The notes under the pieces: generated by a model
What the model was told of the DNA's origin: nothing
Databases searched by the model: none
Seen by the model: the letters and a program-made list of their open reading frames with translations, nothing else
Part shown: piece after piece, positions 39,223 through 48,191 of the stretch
Numbering within the stretch: position 1 is the stretch's first letter
Layout of the letters: every line of letters begins with the position of its first letter
Program-made: the position numbers and the translations under genes
Assembly: GCA_002069125.1 (NCBI GenBank)
Contig: MVZN01000001.1
Coordinates: 5,909 to 69,908, forward strand
Length of the DNA: 64,000 nt
Origin: Spirochaetes bacterium ADurb.BinA120
Lineage (GTDB): Bacteria > Spirochaetota > UBA4802 > UBA5368
Direction: 5' to 3'

Positions 39223-41214
39223 TCATTCCAGGTCTATAATAATAAGGGTAATATCGTCCTCGAAATCGCCGGCGGGCCTCCTCCAGGCCGTAAGCCGCAT
39301 GCCGAGCCGTTTGGCGAGTTCTTCGCCGGGCAGGTCCCTCCACCCGCGGAGACAGGAGACTAAACGCTTCTCGCCGAAAAGCTCGCCCCGCGCGCTTCGG
39401 CATTCAATTATTCCGTCTGTGTAAACAACCAGCCTGTCCCCCGGCCGGAGCGGAAGGGTGCGCTGGGCGCAGCGGATGTCCTTCATCCAGCCCATTGCAC
39501 GGCCTTTGGCATCGGCCACGATCGGTTCGCCTGCGCCGCGGGGCAGGATGAAAAAAGGCGGATGGCCCGCGTTCGCGTACACGATTTCCCGCGCGTCGAG
39601 ATCGATGTACGTGTACGAGGCGGTAATGAACTGGCTGATGTTCCTGCCCATTAGCATGTCGTTCATGGCCTGCAGCAGCGGGGCCGGCGAATCGGCCATG
39701 TTCCTGACGAGCGAGAAGAGGACCTCGAGCGTGGACGCAATCATGGCCGCGGGGACGCCGTGTCCGACTATGTCGGCGGCCAGTACGCCGATTCGCCGGC
39801 CGTCGATAATGTGCCAATCGTAGTAATCGCCGCTTATGCCCTCTGGAGGAAGGGTAAAGACGTGCATGCGCATCCCCTCGAGCGTCGGAAGCGAGGCGGG
39901 CAGGATGGATTTCTGTATGCGTCGCGCGATCTCGAGCTCCCTGCGAAGGTCGGCAAGTTTAATTGTATCGGCAAAGGCCGCGGAGGAACGCCTCGAAAGA
40001 ATGAAGGATTGCAGCAGAACGAAGATGAAAAGGCCGCTCGGCAGAAGATATCCCGTACGCACCAGGAGATCGGCGTCGAGGATATCGTTTATGGCGCAGG
40101 CCATAAGGACTACAAGTCCGACCAACAGGAGGCGTGCGTCATTACGCCTTCGGATGACAGCGCGCAGGAGGGTGTAAATGAGATGAACGAACGCGGCTAT
40201 GCTGACCAGGTGAAAGGGTGTCAGGAGATGGCTGTACACCCGCAGGGGCAGGACGAGGGTCGGAATCGAAAAAACCGCTCCGACCGCGCAATAAAGGACG
40301 CGCGCCTGTTTGGGCATTTCCTTCGGAAAAAGCGATTGGATGAAGAGTGCGAACACCGGAAGACCTATATAGATGGTCAGAAACTCGAGTTTCATCTCGA
40401 ACTCCCAGTCGATGTCGGGGAAATACCGCACGAGTATGAATTCACCCGTCAGCGTGATCCTGAGCGCGATGAGCAGGCAGAATGCGCCGAAATAGAGCGG
40501 CGAGCGCTCGTTCCTCCTGAGGAGGAAAAGGCCGAGGTGGTAAAGGCCCATCACGATCAGTCCGCCGAGAAGGGTGTATTCGTACAGAAGGCGCTGGTCT
40601 CGTTTTTTCATGATCCGCTGTTCGGAGCCAAGCAGGATAGAATTCCAGGGCCCTCCCTTGTCGGAGCTGTAATTGGCGATGTGCAGAACGAGCTCTATTG
40701 TTTCGCCGGCAGGCTCGAAGGAGACGGTGGTAGGATTGTACCGGGGCCGTGTAGTCCGGGCCGATTGCGTAACGGCGCCGTTTGAGGCGATGTGCCGGCC
40801 GTCGACGAAAAGGCTGTAGCTTGTGGCCATTACGGGAATCTTAAGCGTGCGGATCCCGCCCGGGCCGCCGGTGAGTATCCGAAGCCTAAACGTGGCGAAG
40901 CCGTCGCCTCCTATGCGGCCGCCGGCGGGGGACGTGCGGCCGTTCCAGACACCGGGGACTTCAAAATATTCGGCCGCAGGGCACGCCCCTCCTTTGCCAA
41001 AAGCGTTCGGTTCGAGAAGCCTTTCCCAGTAGAACTCCCATTCGCCGTCGAGCAATATGGGATTCATGCGATCGAAATCGTAGTGGCGAAGGTCCATCAC
41101 CCCACGGACCGCGCGCGGAGGTCCAGATTTTTCAGCCGGAGCATGGCGGGCTGAGGCCATCAGAAAAATCGCCGCAAGGGCGAGTGTCGTCAATGATGCG
41201 ATAGCGCGATGCAT
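39223..41214 (-). CDS. 7TMR-DISM receptor (extracellular DISMED2 plus 7 TM) fused to PP2C/SpoIIE-type serine phosphatase
   Basis: Signal peptide, large periplasmic domain, seven hydrophobic helices, then PP2C motifs (GDYYDW, LAADIVGHGVPAAM, YTDGI). Confidence 0.75.
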   Translation of the reverse strand: MHRAIASLTTLALAAIFLMASARHAPAEKSGPPRAVRGVMDLRHYDFDRMNPILLDGEWEFYWERLLEPNAFGKGGACPAAEYFEVPGVWNGRTSPAGGRIGGDGFATFRLRILTGGPGGIRTLKIPVMATSYSLFVDGRHIASNGAVTQSARTTRPRYNPTTVSFEPAGETIELVLHIANYSSDKGGPWNSILLGSEQRIMKKRDQRLLYEYTLLGGLIVMGLYHLGLFLLRRNERSPLYFGAFCLLIALRITLTGEFILVRYFPDIDWEFEMKLEFLTIYIGLPVFALFIQSLFPKEMPKQARVLYCAVGAVFSIPTLVLPLRVYSHLLTPFHLVSIAAFVHLIYTLLRAVIRRRNDARLLLVGLVVLMACAINDILDADLLVRTGYLLPSGLFIFVLLQSFILSRRSSAAFADTIKLADLRRELEIARRIQKSILPASLPTLEGMRMHVFTLPPEGISGDYYDWHIIDGRRIGVLAADIVGHGVPAAMIASTLEVLFSLVRNMADSPAPLLQAMNDMLMGRNISQFITASYTYIDLDAREIVYANAGHPPFFILPRGAGEPIVADAKGRAMGWMKDIRCAQRTLPLRPGDRLVVYTDGIIECRSARGELFGEKRLVSCLRGWRDLPGEELAKRLGMRLTAWRRPAGDFEDDITLIIIDLE

Positions 41215-41355
41215 GGAGAAATCCTTTATGGTTCATATTAGACCAAAACCCGTGATTTGTAAACAATGAAAATGGCCCAGGGAGGCCTGTATCCTTCTTG
41301 ACAGGGCGCCGTACGGAAATTATGTTCAGGGAACACTTTACCGGCGAGGTACCGC

Positions 41356-43032
41356 ATGCTGCTCGGCATTGACGTGGGGGGGACTCACACGGACGTCGTG
41401 GTTGTAGACGCAAGGGGAGTGAGGGCCGCCGCCAAGGTGGTAACCAATCACGAAAACCTCTTCGAATCGGTCAACGGCGGTATCGCCGCCATGCTGCGTG
41501 AGGTCGACGCCGCCGGGATCGAGCGCATCAACCTCAGTACTACGCTCTCCACGAACGCTATCGTGGAAAATACAATCGAAAAGGTGGGAATGCTTGTAAG
41601 CGCCGGCCCGGGAATAGAGCCGGCCAGTTTTACGATCGGCGATCAGTATCATCGCATCGAAGGCGCGCTCGATCATCGCGGAGCGGAGATACTCCCCCTG
41701 GATGAAAAGCGCCTGGAGAAGGCGATAGCCGCTTGCCGCAAGGCGGGCATAAAGGCCTATGCGGCCGTGTCCAAATTCTCCACAAGGAATCCCGCCCACG
41801 AGAACTCGATGCGGGAAGCGCTTGCCGGCTCGGCGGATTTCATCACCCAGGGCCATGCCATTTCGGGAAACCTCAACTTCCCCCGGCGTATCGCGACCGC
41901 CTATTATAACTCTTCCGTGTGGCGGATCTACAATCGCTTTGCCGACGCGGTGGAAAAGGCGCTCGGGGAGTACGGTGTACGCGCCTCGGTAAACGTGCTC
42001 AAGGCCGACGGCGGCACCATGCCGCTTGCCGTATCGCGCCTGCTTCCGGTCGAAACCATACTCTCGGGGCCTTCCGCAAGCGTAATGGGGATACTTGCGC
42101 TCTGCGACATCGGCGTCGATTCGGTCGTCCTCGATATCGGAGGAACCACCACCGACATCGCCGTGTTCGCAAGCGGCGGTCCCCTCATTGAGCCGGATGG
42201 TATCGCGCTTAACGGAAGGAACACACTGGTCCGCGCCCTAAGAACCCGCTCCATCGGCATAGGGGGCGACTCTCTTCTCAGGGTAGAGGGCGGCGAGGTG
42301 AGGGTTGGGCCGGAACGCCTCGGCCCGGCCGTGGCGGACGGGGGTGTGCTTGCAACACTGGTGGACGCCTTCAACCGGCTTGGGGCCGACGCGCACGGGA
42401 ATACGGAGGCCTCCGCGAGGGCGATGGAGGACCTGGCCAAGAAAAACGGCATGAACGGAGAGGAGCTGGCCCGCAGGGCCGTGGAGCGCGCCACCGCTTT
42501 CATAAAATCCTCGGTGGACGAAATGATAGCGGAGATCAACGAGCGCCCCGTTTATACCATTCACGAAATGCTCGAGGGCCGAAGGATCGCGCCCGAGCGC
42601 ATATATGTCGTCGGAGGACCGGCGGAGGCGTTCAGGAAGGAGCTTGCGAGGGCCTTTTCGCTCGAGGTGACCGTTCCGCGCGATTACGCGGTAGCCAACG
42701 CCATCGGCGCGGCGCTCGCCCGAACGACCATGAGCATCGAACTGCTGGCCGATACGGAGATGGGCATGCTGATGATCCCGGAGCTGGGCGTATCGCGCGA
42801 GGTGCCGGCCTCGTACACGCTCGAGGAGGCGGGTGAAGACGCGCGGCGCTACCTTATCGGACACCTGGGCAAGACCGCACCAGGGGAGCGCGTACAGGCC
42901 GAGGTGGTCCACGCGGCCTCATTCAATATGGTGCGGGGATACCATACCGCGGGCAGAAACATTCGCGTCCGCTGCCAGGTGAAGCCGGGTATCCTCGAGA
43001 AATACGAAAAGGGGGTGCGGGGAACATGCTGA
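41356..43032 (+). CDS. Hydantoinase/oxoprolinase (HyuA-like, ASKHA ATPase) family protein
   Basis: N-terminus LLGIDVGGTHTDVVVVD, second phosphate motif LDIGGTTTDIA, 558 aa. Confidence 0.6.
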   Translation: MLLGIDVGGTHTDVVVVDARGVRAAAKVVTNHENLFESVNGGIAAMLREVDAAGIERINLSTTLSTNAIVENTIEKVGMLVSAGPGIEPASFTIGDQYHRIEGALDHRGAEILPLDEKRLEKAIAACRKAGIKAYAAVSKFSTRNPAHENSMREALAGSADFITQGHAISGNLNFPRRIATAYYNSSVWRIYNRFADAVEKALGEYGVRASVNVLKADGGTMPLAVSRLLPVETILSGPSASVMGILALCDIGVDSVVLDIGGTTTDIAVFASGGPLIEPDGIALNGRNTLVRALRTRSIGIGGDSLLRVEGGEVRVGPERLGPAVADGGVLATLVDAFNRLGADAHGNTEASARAMEDLAKKNGMNGEELARRAVERATAFIKSSVDEMIAEINERPVYTIHEMLEGRRIAPERIYVVGGPAEAFRKELARAFSLEVTVPRDYAVANAIGAALARTTMSIELLADTEMGMLMIPELGVSREVPASYTLEEAGEDARRYLIGHLGKTAPGERVQAEVVHAASFNMVRGYHTAGRNIRVRCQVKPGILEKYEKGVRGTC

Positions 43033-44336
43033 AGGCTAAAAACAGGCTTGGGCTCATCTTTTTTCCGGCATTCGACTGGGCGATAAGCCCCACGCATCCC
43101 GAAAGACAGGAGCGGCTGCTCTACACACAGGACCAATTGATAGAGGAGGGCGTGTTCGACATCCCCGGTATTAAAGAATACAAGCCCGACCTGGCCACTA
43201 TAGAGGATGTGGAGCGGACACATTTCTGCTTTCCGGACGTTCGAAGCATACTGACCGAGTCGCACCTGGTCTCGGCCGGAGGGGCCATAAAGGCGGCGAG
43301 GCTCGTTATGGAGAAACGGGAGGATCGGGCATTCGCCCTGGTGCGCCCGCCGGGCCATCATGCCATGAAGGTGGTGCACGGCTCCCGGGGATTCTGCAAC
43401 ATCAACATAGAAGCCGTAATGATCGAGCACATCCGTGAGCATTATGGAAGAAAGAGGATCGCGATAGTCGATACGGACTGCCATCATGGGGACGGGACCC
43501 AGGACCTCTACTGGCACGACCCGGACACGCTCTTCATCTCCATGCACCAGGACGGGCGCACCCTGTATCCCGGCAGCGGCTTTATCGACGAACAGGGCGG
43601 GCCAAACGCAATCGGCAAGACCGTAAACATTCCCCTCCCGCCGGAAACATCGGACGAGGGCTTTTTGTACGTGCTCGAAAAGGTGGTCCTGCCCATACTC
43701 GACGATTTCAAGCCGGACCTAATCATCAACTCCGCCGGGCAGGACAACCACTATTCGGACCCCATAACCAACATGCGCTTTTCGGCGCAGGGTTATGCGC
43801 GATTGAACGAGATCCTGAAGCCCGATATAGCGGTGCTCGAGGGAGGCTATTCCATTCAGGGGGCGCTTCCCTACGTAAACCTCGGAATTGCCCTCGCCAT
43901 GGCGGGCGTGGATTATTCATACGTCCGCGAGCCGGATTTCGAACGCGAGTCGGTCCGGCAGGAGCCCGAGGTAACCCAGTATATAAAGAAATTGTCCAAA
44001 GAGATACTGGAGCGGTATTACCGCGCCGGCGATTTCGTGATGCGGGGAATGCCCGGCAATTACATGGTGCGTAAAAAATCCATCTACTACGATACGGACG
44101 GCATACGCGAGAACCAGGTGGAGTCCGTTATGGTATGTGACGACTGTGCCGGCGTTCTAAAGATCGAAACGATATCGTCGGTAAACCCGCTGTGCCTTGG
44201 CGTGGAGGTGCCCCTGGGCTCCTGCGACCGGTGCAGAAGCGAGGGATACCGCATACTCGAGGAGGCCCGGGAGAAGGGCAAGCATTCGCACATCCAGCTC
44301 ATAGACCGAATGGGCAGGGAGTATCTGAGGTTCTGA
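43026..44336 (+). CDS. Histone deacetylase / acetoin-utilisation AcuC / acetylpolyamine amidohydrolase family with C-terminal Cys4 zinc-ribbon
   Basis: HDAC motifs RPPGHHA, DTDCHHGDGTQ, EGGY. C-terminal CDDC...CDRC. Its start overlaps the upstream gene by 7 bp. Confidence 0.7.
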   Translation: MLKAKNRLGLIFFPAFDWAISPTHPERQERLLYTQDQLIEEGVFDIPGIKEYKPDLATIEDVERTHFCFPDVRSILTESHLVSAGGAIKAARLVMEKREDRAFALVRPPGHHAMKVVHGSRGFCNINIEAVMIEHIREHYGRKRIAIVDTDCHHGDGTQDLYWHDPDTLFISMHQDGRTLYPGSGFIDEQGGPNAIGKTVNIPLPPETSDEGFLYVLEKVVLPILDDFKPDLIINSAGQDNHYSDPITNMRFSAQGYARLNEILKPDIAVLEGGYSIQGALPYVNLGIALAMAGVDYSYVREPDFERESVRQEPEVTQYIKKLSKEILERYYRAGDFVMRGMPGNYMVRKKSIYYDTDGIRENQVESVMVCDDCAGVLKIETISSVNPLCLGVEVPLGSCDRCRSEGYRILEEAREKGKHSHIQLIDRMGREYLRF

Positions 44337-44395
44337 CGAACCGGCACAGGAAGTGGCTCGAAGCGGGCCCCTTCCTGCCGGCGCCGTCCCGGTAA

Positions 44396-46564
44396 CTATT
44401 TAATGAACAACATTTCCCAGAAGCGCGGCAGCGGCCAGATCTCGTCGTCGATTACAAGCTCGATCGCGTCGACCCTGGAACGAATTTTGGCTATCGTTTC
44501 CCGGACTGTGGTGCCGAACGCGGCGGCCTTTTCCTCCTCGGAATGAAGGGATTCCGCGCGCTCGACGTTCCCTTTAAGCTCGGCCACGAGCCTCATGGTT
44601 TCGCCTATAAGGCCGGTCAGGGACGCCAGAAGCTCTCTCTGCGGCGCGAGAAGGGAGTCATCGCCGAGGGCCTGAGCCGCGCTTAGGATCGAGGAGGCCA
44701 ACTCCCCCTGAAAGCGGATCGCCGCGGGAAGGACCTGGCTGTCGACCATGTCGCAGAGTGTGCCGGCCTCTATGTCTATCTCCTTCACATAACGCTCCAG
44801 CCGCACCTGATAGCGCGACATTAGCTCCGCCGAGGAGAGCACCCTGTACTTCTCGAAGAGGGCGACCGCCTTTGGGGTGGCGAGGTCCGGAAGCGATTCG
44901 TAAGAGGTCTTCTTGTTGGGAAGGCCCCTGCGCCCCGCCTCCGCCTCCCATTCCTTCGAGTAGTTGTCGCCCATAAAGAGGACCCTTTTTATGGTACCTA
45001 TCTCGTCCTTCAGCACATCGAGGGTCGCCTGCCTTAAGTTTTCCCCCTTTGCGGCGATCTTCCCGGCGAGGATGTCCAGGCTCTCGGCGACGATGGTGTT
45101 TAGCACGGTGGCCGGGAACGATATGGACTGGGAGGCCCCCACGGCGCGAAACTCGAACTTGTTTCCGGTAAAGGCGAAAGGGGAGGTCCGGTTTCGGTCG
45201 GTGTTGTCCTTGGAGAGGACCGGCAGCTTCGATATTCCCATATCGATAATCGCGCCGTTGGTCCCGTTGCTCACGATTCCCTTTTCGATGTCCTCCAGGA
45301 TGCCGGTAAGCTGCTCGCCTAAGAATACCGAGATGATCACCGGCGGCGCCTCGTTCGAGCCGAGCCGGTGGTCGTTACCGGACGACGCGATCGTTGCCCT
45401 GAGAATATCCGCGTGATGGTAAACCGCGCGGATGGTCGCAACGAGGAATACGAGGAACTGGATGTTGTCCTGCGGGGTTCTGCCCGGATTGAGCAGGTTG
45501 TTGCCCAGATCGTCGGCGAGCGACCAGTTGAGATGCTTGCCCGAGCCGTTGATGCCCGCAAAGGGCTTTTCGTGCAGAAGGGCGGCGAGCCTGTGCTTGG
45601 TCGCGACCGAACGAAGCGTCTCCATCAAGATCTGGTTGTGGTCCACCGCAAGATTGGCCTCCTCGAAGAGGGGGGCGATTTCGTACTGGCCCGGGGCCGC
45701 CTCGTTGTGCCGGGTCTTGGCGGGGATGCCGAGCTTGTAGAGCTCCTCCTCCACATCGTGCATGAACGAGAATATCCTTTCCCTTATGCTCCCGAAATAG
45801 TGGTCCCCCAGCTCCTGGCCCTTGGGGGGAGTCGCGCCGAGGACGGCCCTTCCCGCGAGAAGCAGATCCTGCCTTTTATAATAATAGTCCTGGTCGATAA
45901 GAAAATACTCCTGTTCCGGCCCCAGAGTTGTGTATACCCTGCGGACCTTCCTGTTGCCGAGGACCCGAAGCATGTTGACGGCGCTCGTATTGATCGCCTC
46001 TATGGAGCGCAGAAGCGGGGTCTTCTTGTCGAGCGCCTCGCCGGAGTAGGAAATAAATATAGAAGGAATGCAAAGGGCGCTGCCTATGCCCCGCTTCAAT
46101 ATAAAGGCCGGGCTCGATATGTCCCATGCCGTGTATCCGCGCGCCTCGAAGGTGGAGCGAATCCCGCCGCTCGGAAAGTTCGACGCGTCGGGCTCCCCCT
46201 GGATGAGCTGCTTGCCGGAAAAATGCTCGATCGGCGTCCCATCACTGGTGAACTCGATAAAGGCGTCGTGTTTTTCCGCGGTCGATCCGGTCATCGGCTG
46301 GAACCAGTGGCAGTAATGGGTCGCCCCCTTTTCAATCGCCCATTCCTTCATGGCGTGGGCCACGGCATTGGCCGTTTCCAGATCGGGTTTCCTGCCTCTT
46401 ATGGTGGTGTCCTGCAGCCGGTTAAACACGGCCTCGGGCAGTCTCTCGCGCATGGTGGTGGCGTTGAATGTATCCTCCCCGAAATACCGTGATATGGGGA
46501 CGTTCTTTTCCCGTTCTACCAGGTAGTTTCTGTCGGCGGCGATGATTACTTCGGTGCGCTTCAT
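44396..46564 (-). CDS. glnN: Glutamine synthetase type III
   Basis: About 720-aa GS-III architecture, motifs HNEAAPGQYEIAP and NGSGKH. GGAGG RBS. Confidence 0.8.
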   Translation of the reverse strand: MKRTEVIIAADRNYLVEREKNVPISRYFGEDTFNATTMRERLPEAVFNRLQDTTIRGRKPDLETANAVAHAMKEWAIEKGATHYCHWFQPMTGSTAEKHDAFIEFTSDGTPIEHFSGKQLIQGEPDASNFPSGGIRSTFEARGYTAWDISSPAFILKRGIGSALCIPSIFISYSGEALDKKTPLLRSIEAINTSAVNMLRVLGNRKVRRVYTTLGPEQEYFLIDQDYYYKRQDLLLAGRAVLGATPPKGQELGDHYFGSIRERIFSFMHDVEEELYKLGIPAKTRHNEAAPGQYEIAPLFEEANLAVDHNQILMETLRSVATKHRLAALLHEKPFAGINGSGKHLNWSLADDLGNNLLNPGRTPQDNIQFLVFLVATIRAVYHHADILRATIASSGNDHRLGSNEAPPVIISVFLGEQLTGILEDIEKGIVSNGTNGAIIDMGISKLPVLSKDNTDRNRTSPFAFTGNKFEFRAVGASQSISFPATVLNTIVAESLDILAGKIAAKGENLRQATLDVLKDEIGTIKRVLFMGDNYSKEWEAEAGRRGLPNKKTSYESLPDLATPKAVALFEKYRVLSSAELMSRYQVRLERYVKEIDIEAGTLCDMVDSQVLPAAIRFQGELASSILSAAQALGDDSLLAPQRELLASLTGLIGETMRLVAELKGNVERAESLHSEEEKAAAFGTTVRETIAKIRSRVDAIELVIDDEIWPLPRFWEMLFIK

Positions 46565-46781
46565 TGTTCCTCCGGGAAAGCCCTGTCTTTTGATGAGCAA
46601 CTGAGACCTTCGGCGTTAATTTGTCAAACAAGTACGGGGTGAAATCCAGTTATTAAACGCTAATTTTACATCGATGTAACCTTGCATGCGGTCCCGATTA
46701 TACTGACGGAAAGTCGGGCCGGAAATTTGAGCATAAAGGGCCGCTTGGCTTCTCTTTTAGGCTTTTCCTTTTACTTGCTCC

Positions 46782-47112
46782 AGGGCTGCGGAGGCTAACG
46801 TCCCCGGCGCTCTGCGCCACCCCCGGAGGGGGTTTTGCTGATGCCGATGGCCAAACTTTCAACTTTCGACTGTTATCCCCCGGCGCTCTGCGCCACCCCC
46901 GAAGGGGGTTGCCCGATGCCGATGGTCAAACTTTCAACTTTCGACTGTTATCCCCCGGCGCTCTGCGCCACCCCCGGAGGGGGTTGCCCGATGCCGATGG
47001 CCAAACTTTCAACTTTGAACTTTCAACTTTCGACTGTTATCCCCCGGCGCGCTGCGCCACCCCCGGAGGGGGTTGCCCGATGCCGATGGCCAAACTTTCA
47101 ACTTTTAAGGGC
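46782..47112 (+). repeat. Tandem array of four R1 units (forward orientation), each core plus TTGCCCGATGCCGATGGCCAAACTTTCAACTTTCGACTGTTAT linker
   Basis: Leader CTCCAGGGCTGCGGAGGCTAACG, then four repeats of CCCCCGGCGCTCTGCGCCACCCCCGGAGGGGG with heptamer linkers. Confidence 0.9.
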
Positions 47113-47336
47113 AGTCATAAAAATTAGGCTTTATCGTCGGCCGAAGATGGACAGAAAAGACTAACTACTTAATCTGCAGGTAGTTAGGTTATAAAGAAAA
47201 GTTAAAATTATTAGTTTTAGGACTTCCCTTGATTTCTAAGAGAGGTATAGGATAAATTGGTCAATGCCGGTCGGCCGCGATGTTTTGGCGGGTGGCGGGC
47301 CGAGGGCATTTCCGGGGATATTATCGCCGGATTATA

Positions 47337-48191
47337 ATGGGTCGGATGAACAGAAACGAGATCATACGGACCGCCAGGTCGCTTGGGCTTTCGCCGAACA
47401 AAAGGCTCGGCCAGAACCTCCTGTGCGATTCCGGCATCACGCAAAAGATAATAGACTCGGCCGGTGTGACCGCCGAGGACAGCGTGCTCGAGGTCGGGCC
47501 GGGCCTCGGCGCGCTGACCGGTGGACTTCTCGATAGGGCGGGTTCGGTAACGGCCGTGGAGATAGACGCCGGCTTCGCGCGCTTTCTCTCACAGCGCTTT
47601 GCGGGCAACGCCCGGCTTAAATTGATACACGGCGATTTCCTTAAAATGGCGCCAGAGCTGGGTTTTACGAAGGCTGTTTCGAACCTTCCGTATTATTGCT
47701 CGTCGGAAGCGCTTTTCCGGATAGCCTCGGACTATCGCATACCCTCGGTATACGTAATGCTCCAGAGGGAGATGGCCAGGCGCATTACGGCCGCCCCCGG
47801 AAGCCCCGAGTACGGCGCCCTCTCCGTTTCGCTCGGCATCTATTACAGGGCGCGTACGCTCTTTTCCATACCGCCCGAGTGTTTCTATCCGCGGCCGGAC
47901 GTGGTTTCTGTGTTCATAGCGCTCGATCTGCGGCGCGACGTAGAGCTTGATGGAGAGAAGCTCGCGCTATTTCACCTTCTAATAAAATCGGCCTTCTGGG
48001 GTCGCAGAAAAACCCTTATAAAGGCCCTTTCCGAGTCCCCGCATATTGCGCTTGACCGGAAAACGGTGGCCGATGTTCTTGCGGGGATGGGCTTCGACTC
48101 GAGGATACGGGGGGAGGATATGTCGATTGCCGATTTTATGGCGCTAAGCGAAGGATTGAAGGAGGCAGCGAATGCCGCCGTTAAGGGATGA
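47337..48191 (+). CDS. rsmA: 16S rRNA (adenine1518/1519-N6)-dimethyltransferase
   Basis: LGQNLL, SAM motif VLEVGPGLGALT and NLPY motifs. Confidence 0.85.
   Translation: MGRMNRNEIIRTARSLGLSPNKRLGQNLLCDSGITQKIIDSAGVTAEDSVLEVGPGLGALTGGLLDRAGSVTAVEIDAGFARFLSQRFAGNARLKLIHGDFLKMAPELGFTKAVSNLPYYCSSEALFRIASDYRIPSVYVMLQREMARRITAAPGSPEYGALSVSLGIYYRARTLFSIPPECFYPRPDVVSVFIALDLRRDVELDGEKLALFHLLIKSAFWGRRKTLIKALSESPHIALDRKTVADVLAGMGFDSRIRGEDMSIADFMALSEGLKEAANAAVKG

Noticed and set aside
41356-43032. Hydantoinase-like gene as the missing HgdC-type activator of the 2-hydroxyacyl-CoA dehydratase
   Set aside because: Its length (558 aa) and the motifs beyond the shared ASKHA phosphate loops fit hydantoinase/oxoprolinase rather than the about 260-aa BadF/BadG/BcrA/BcrD activators.
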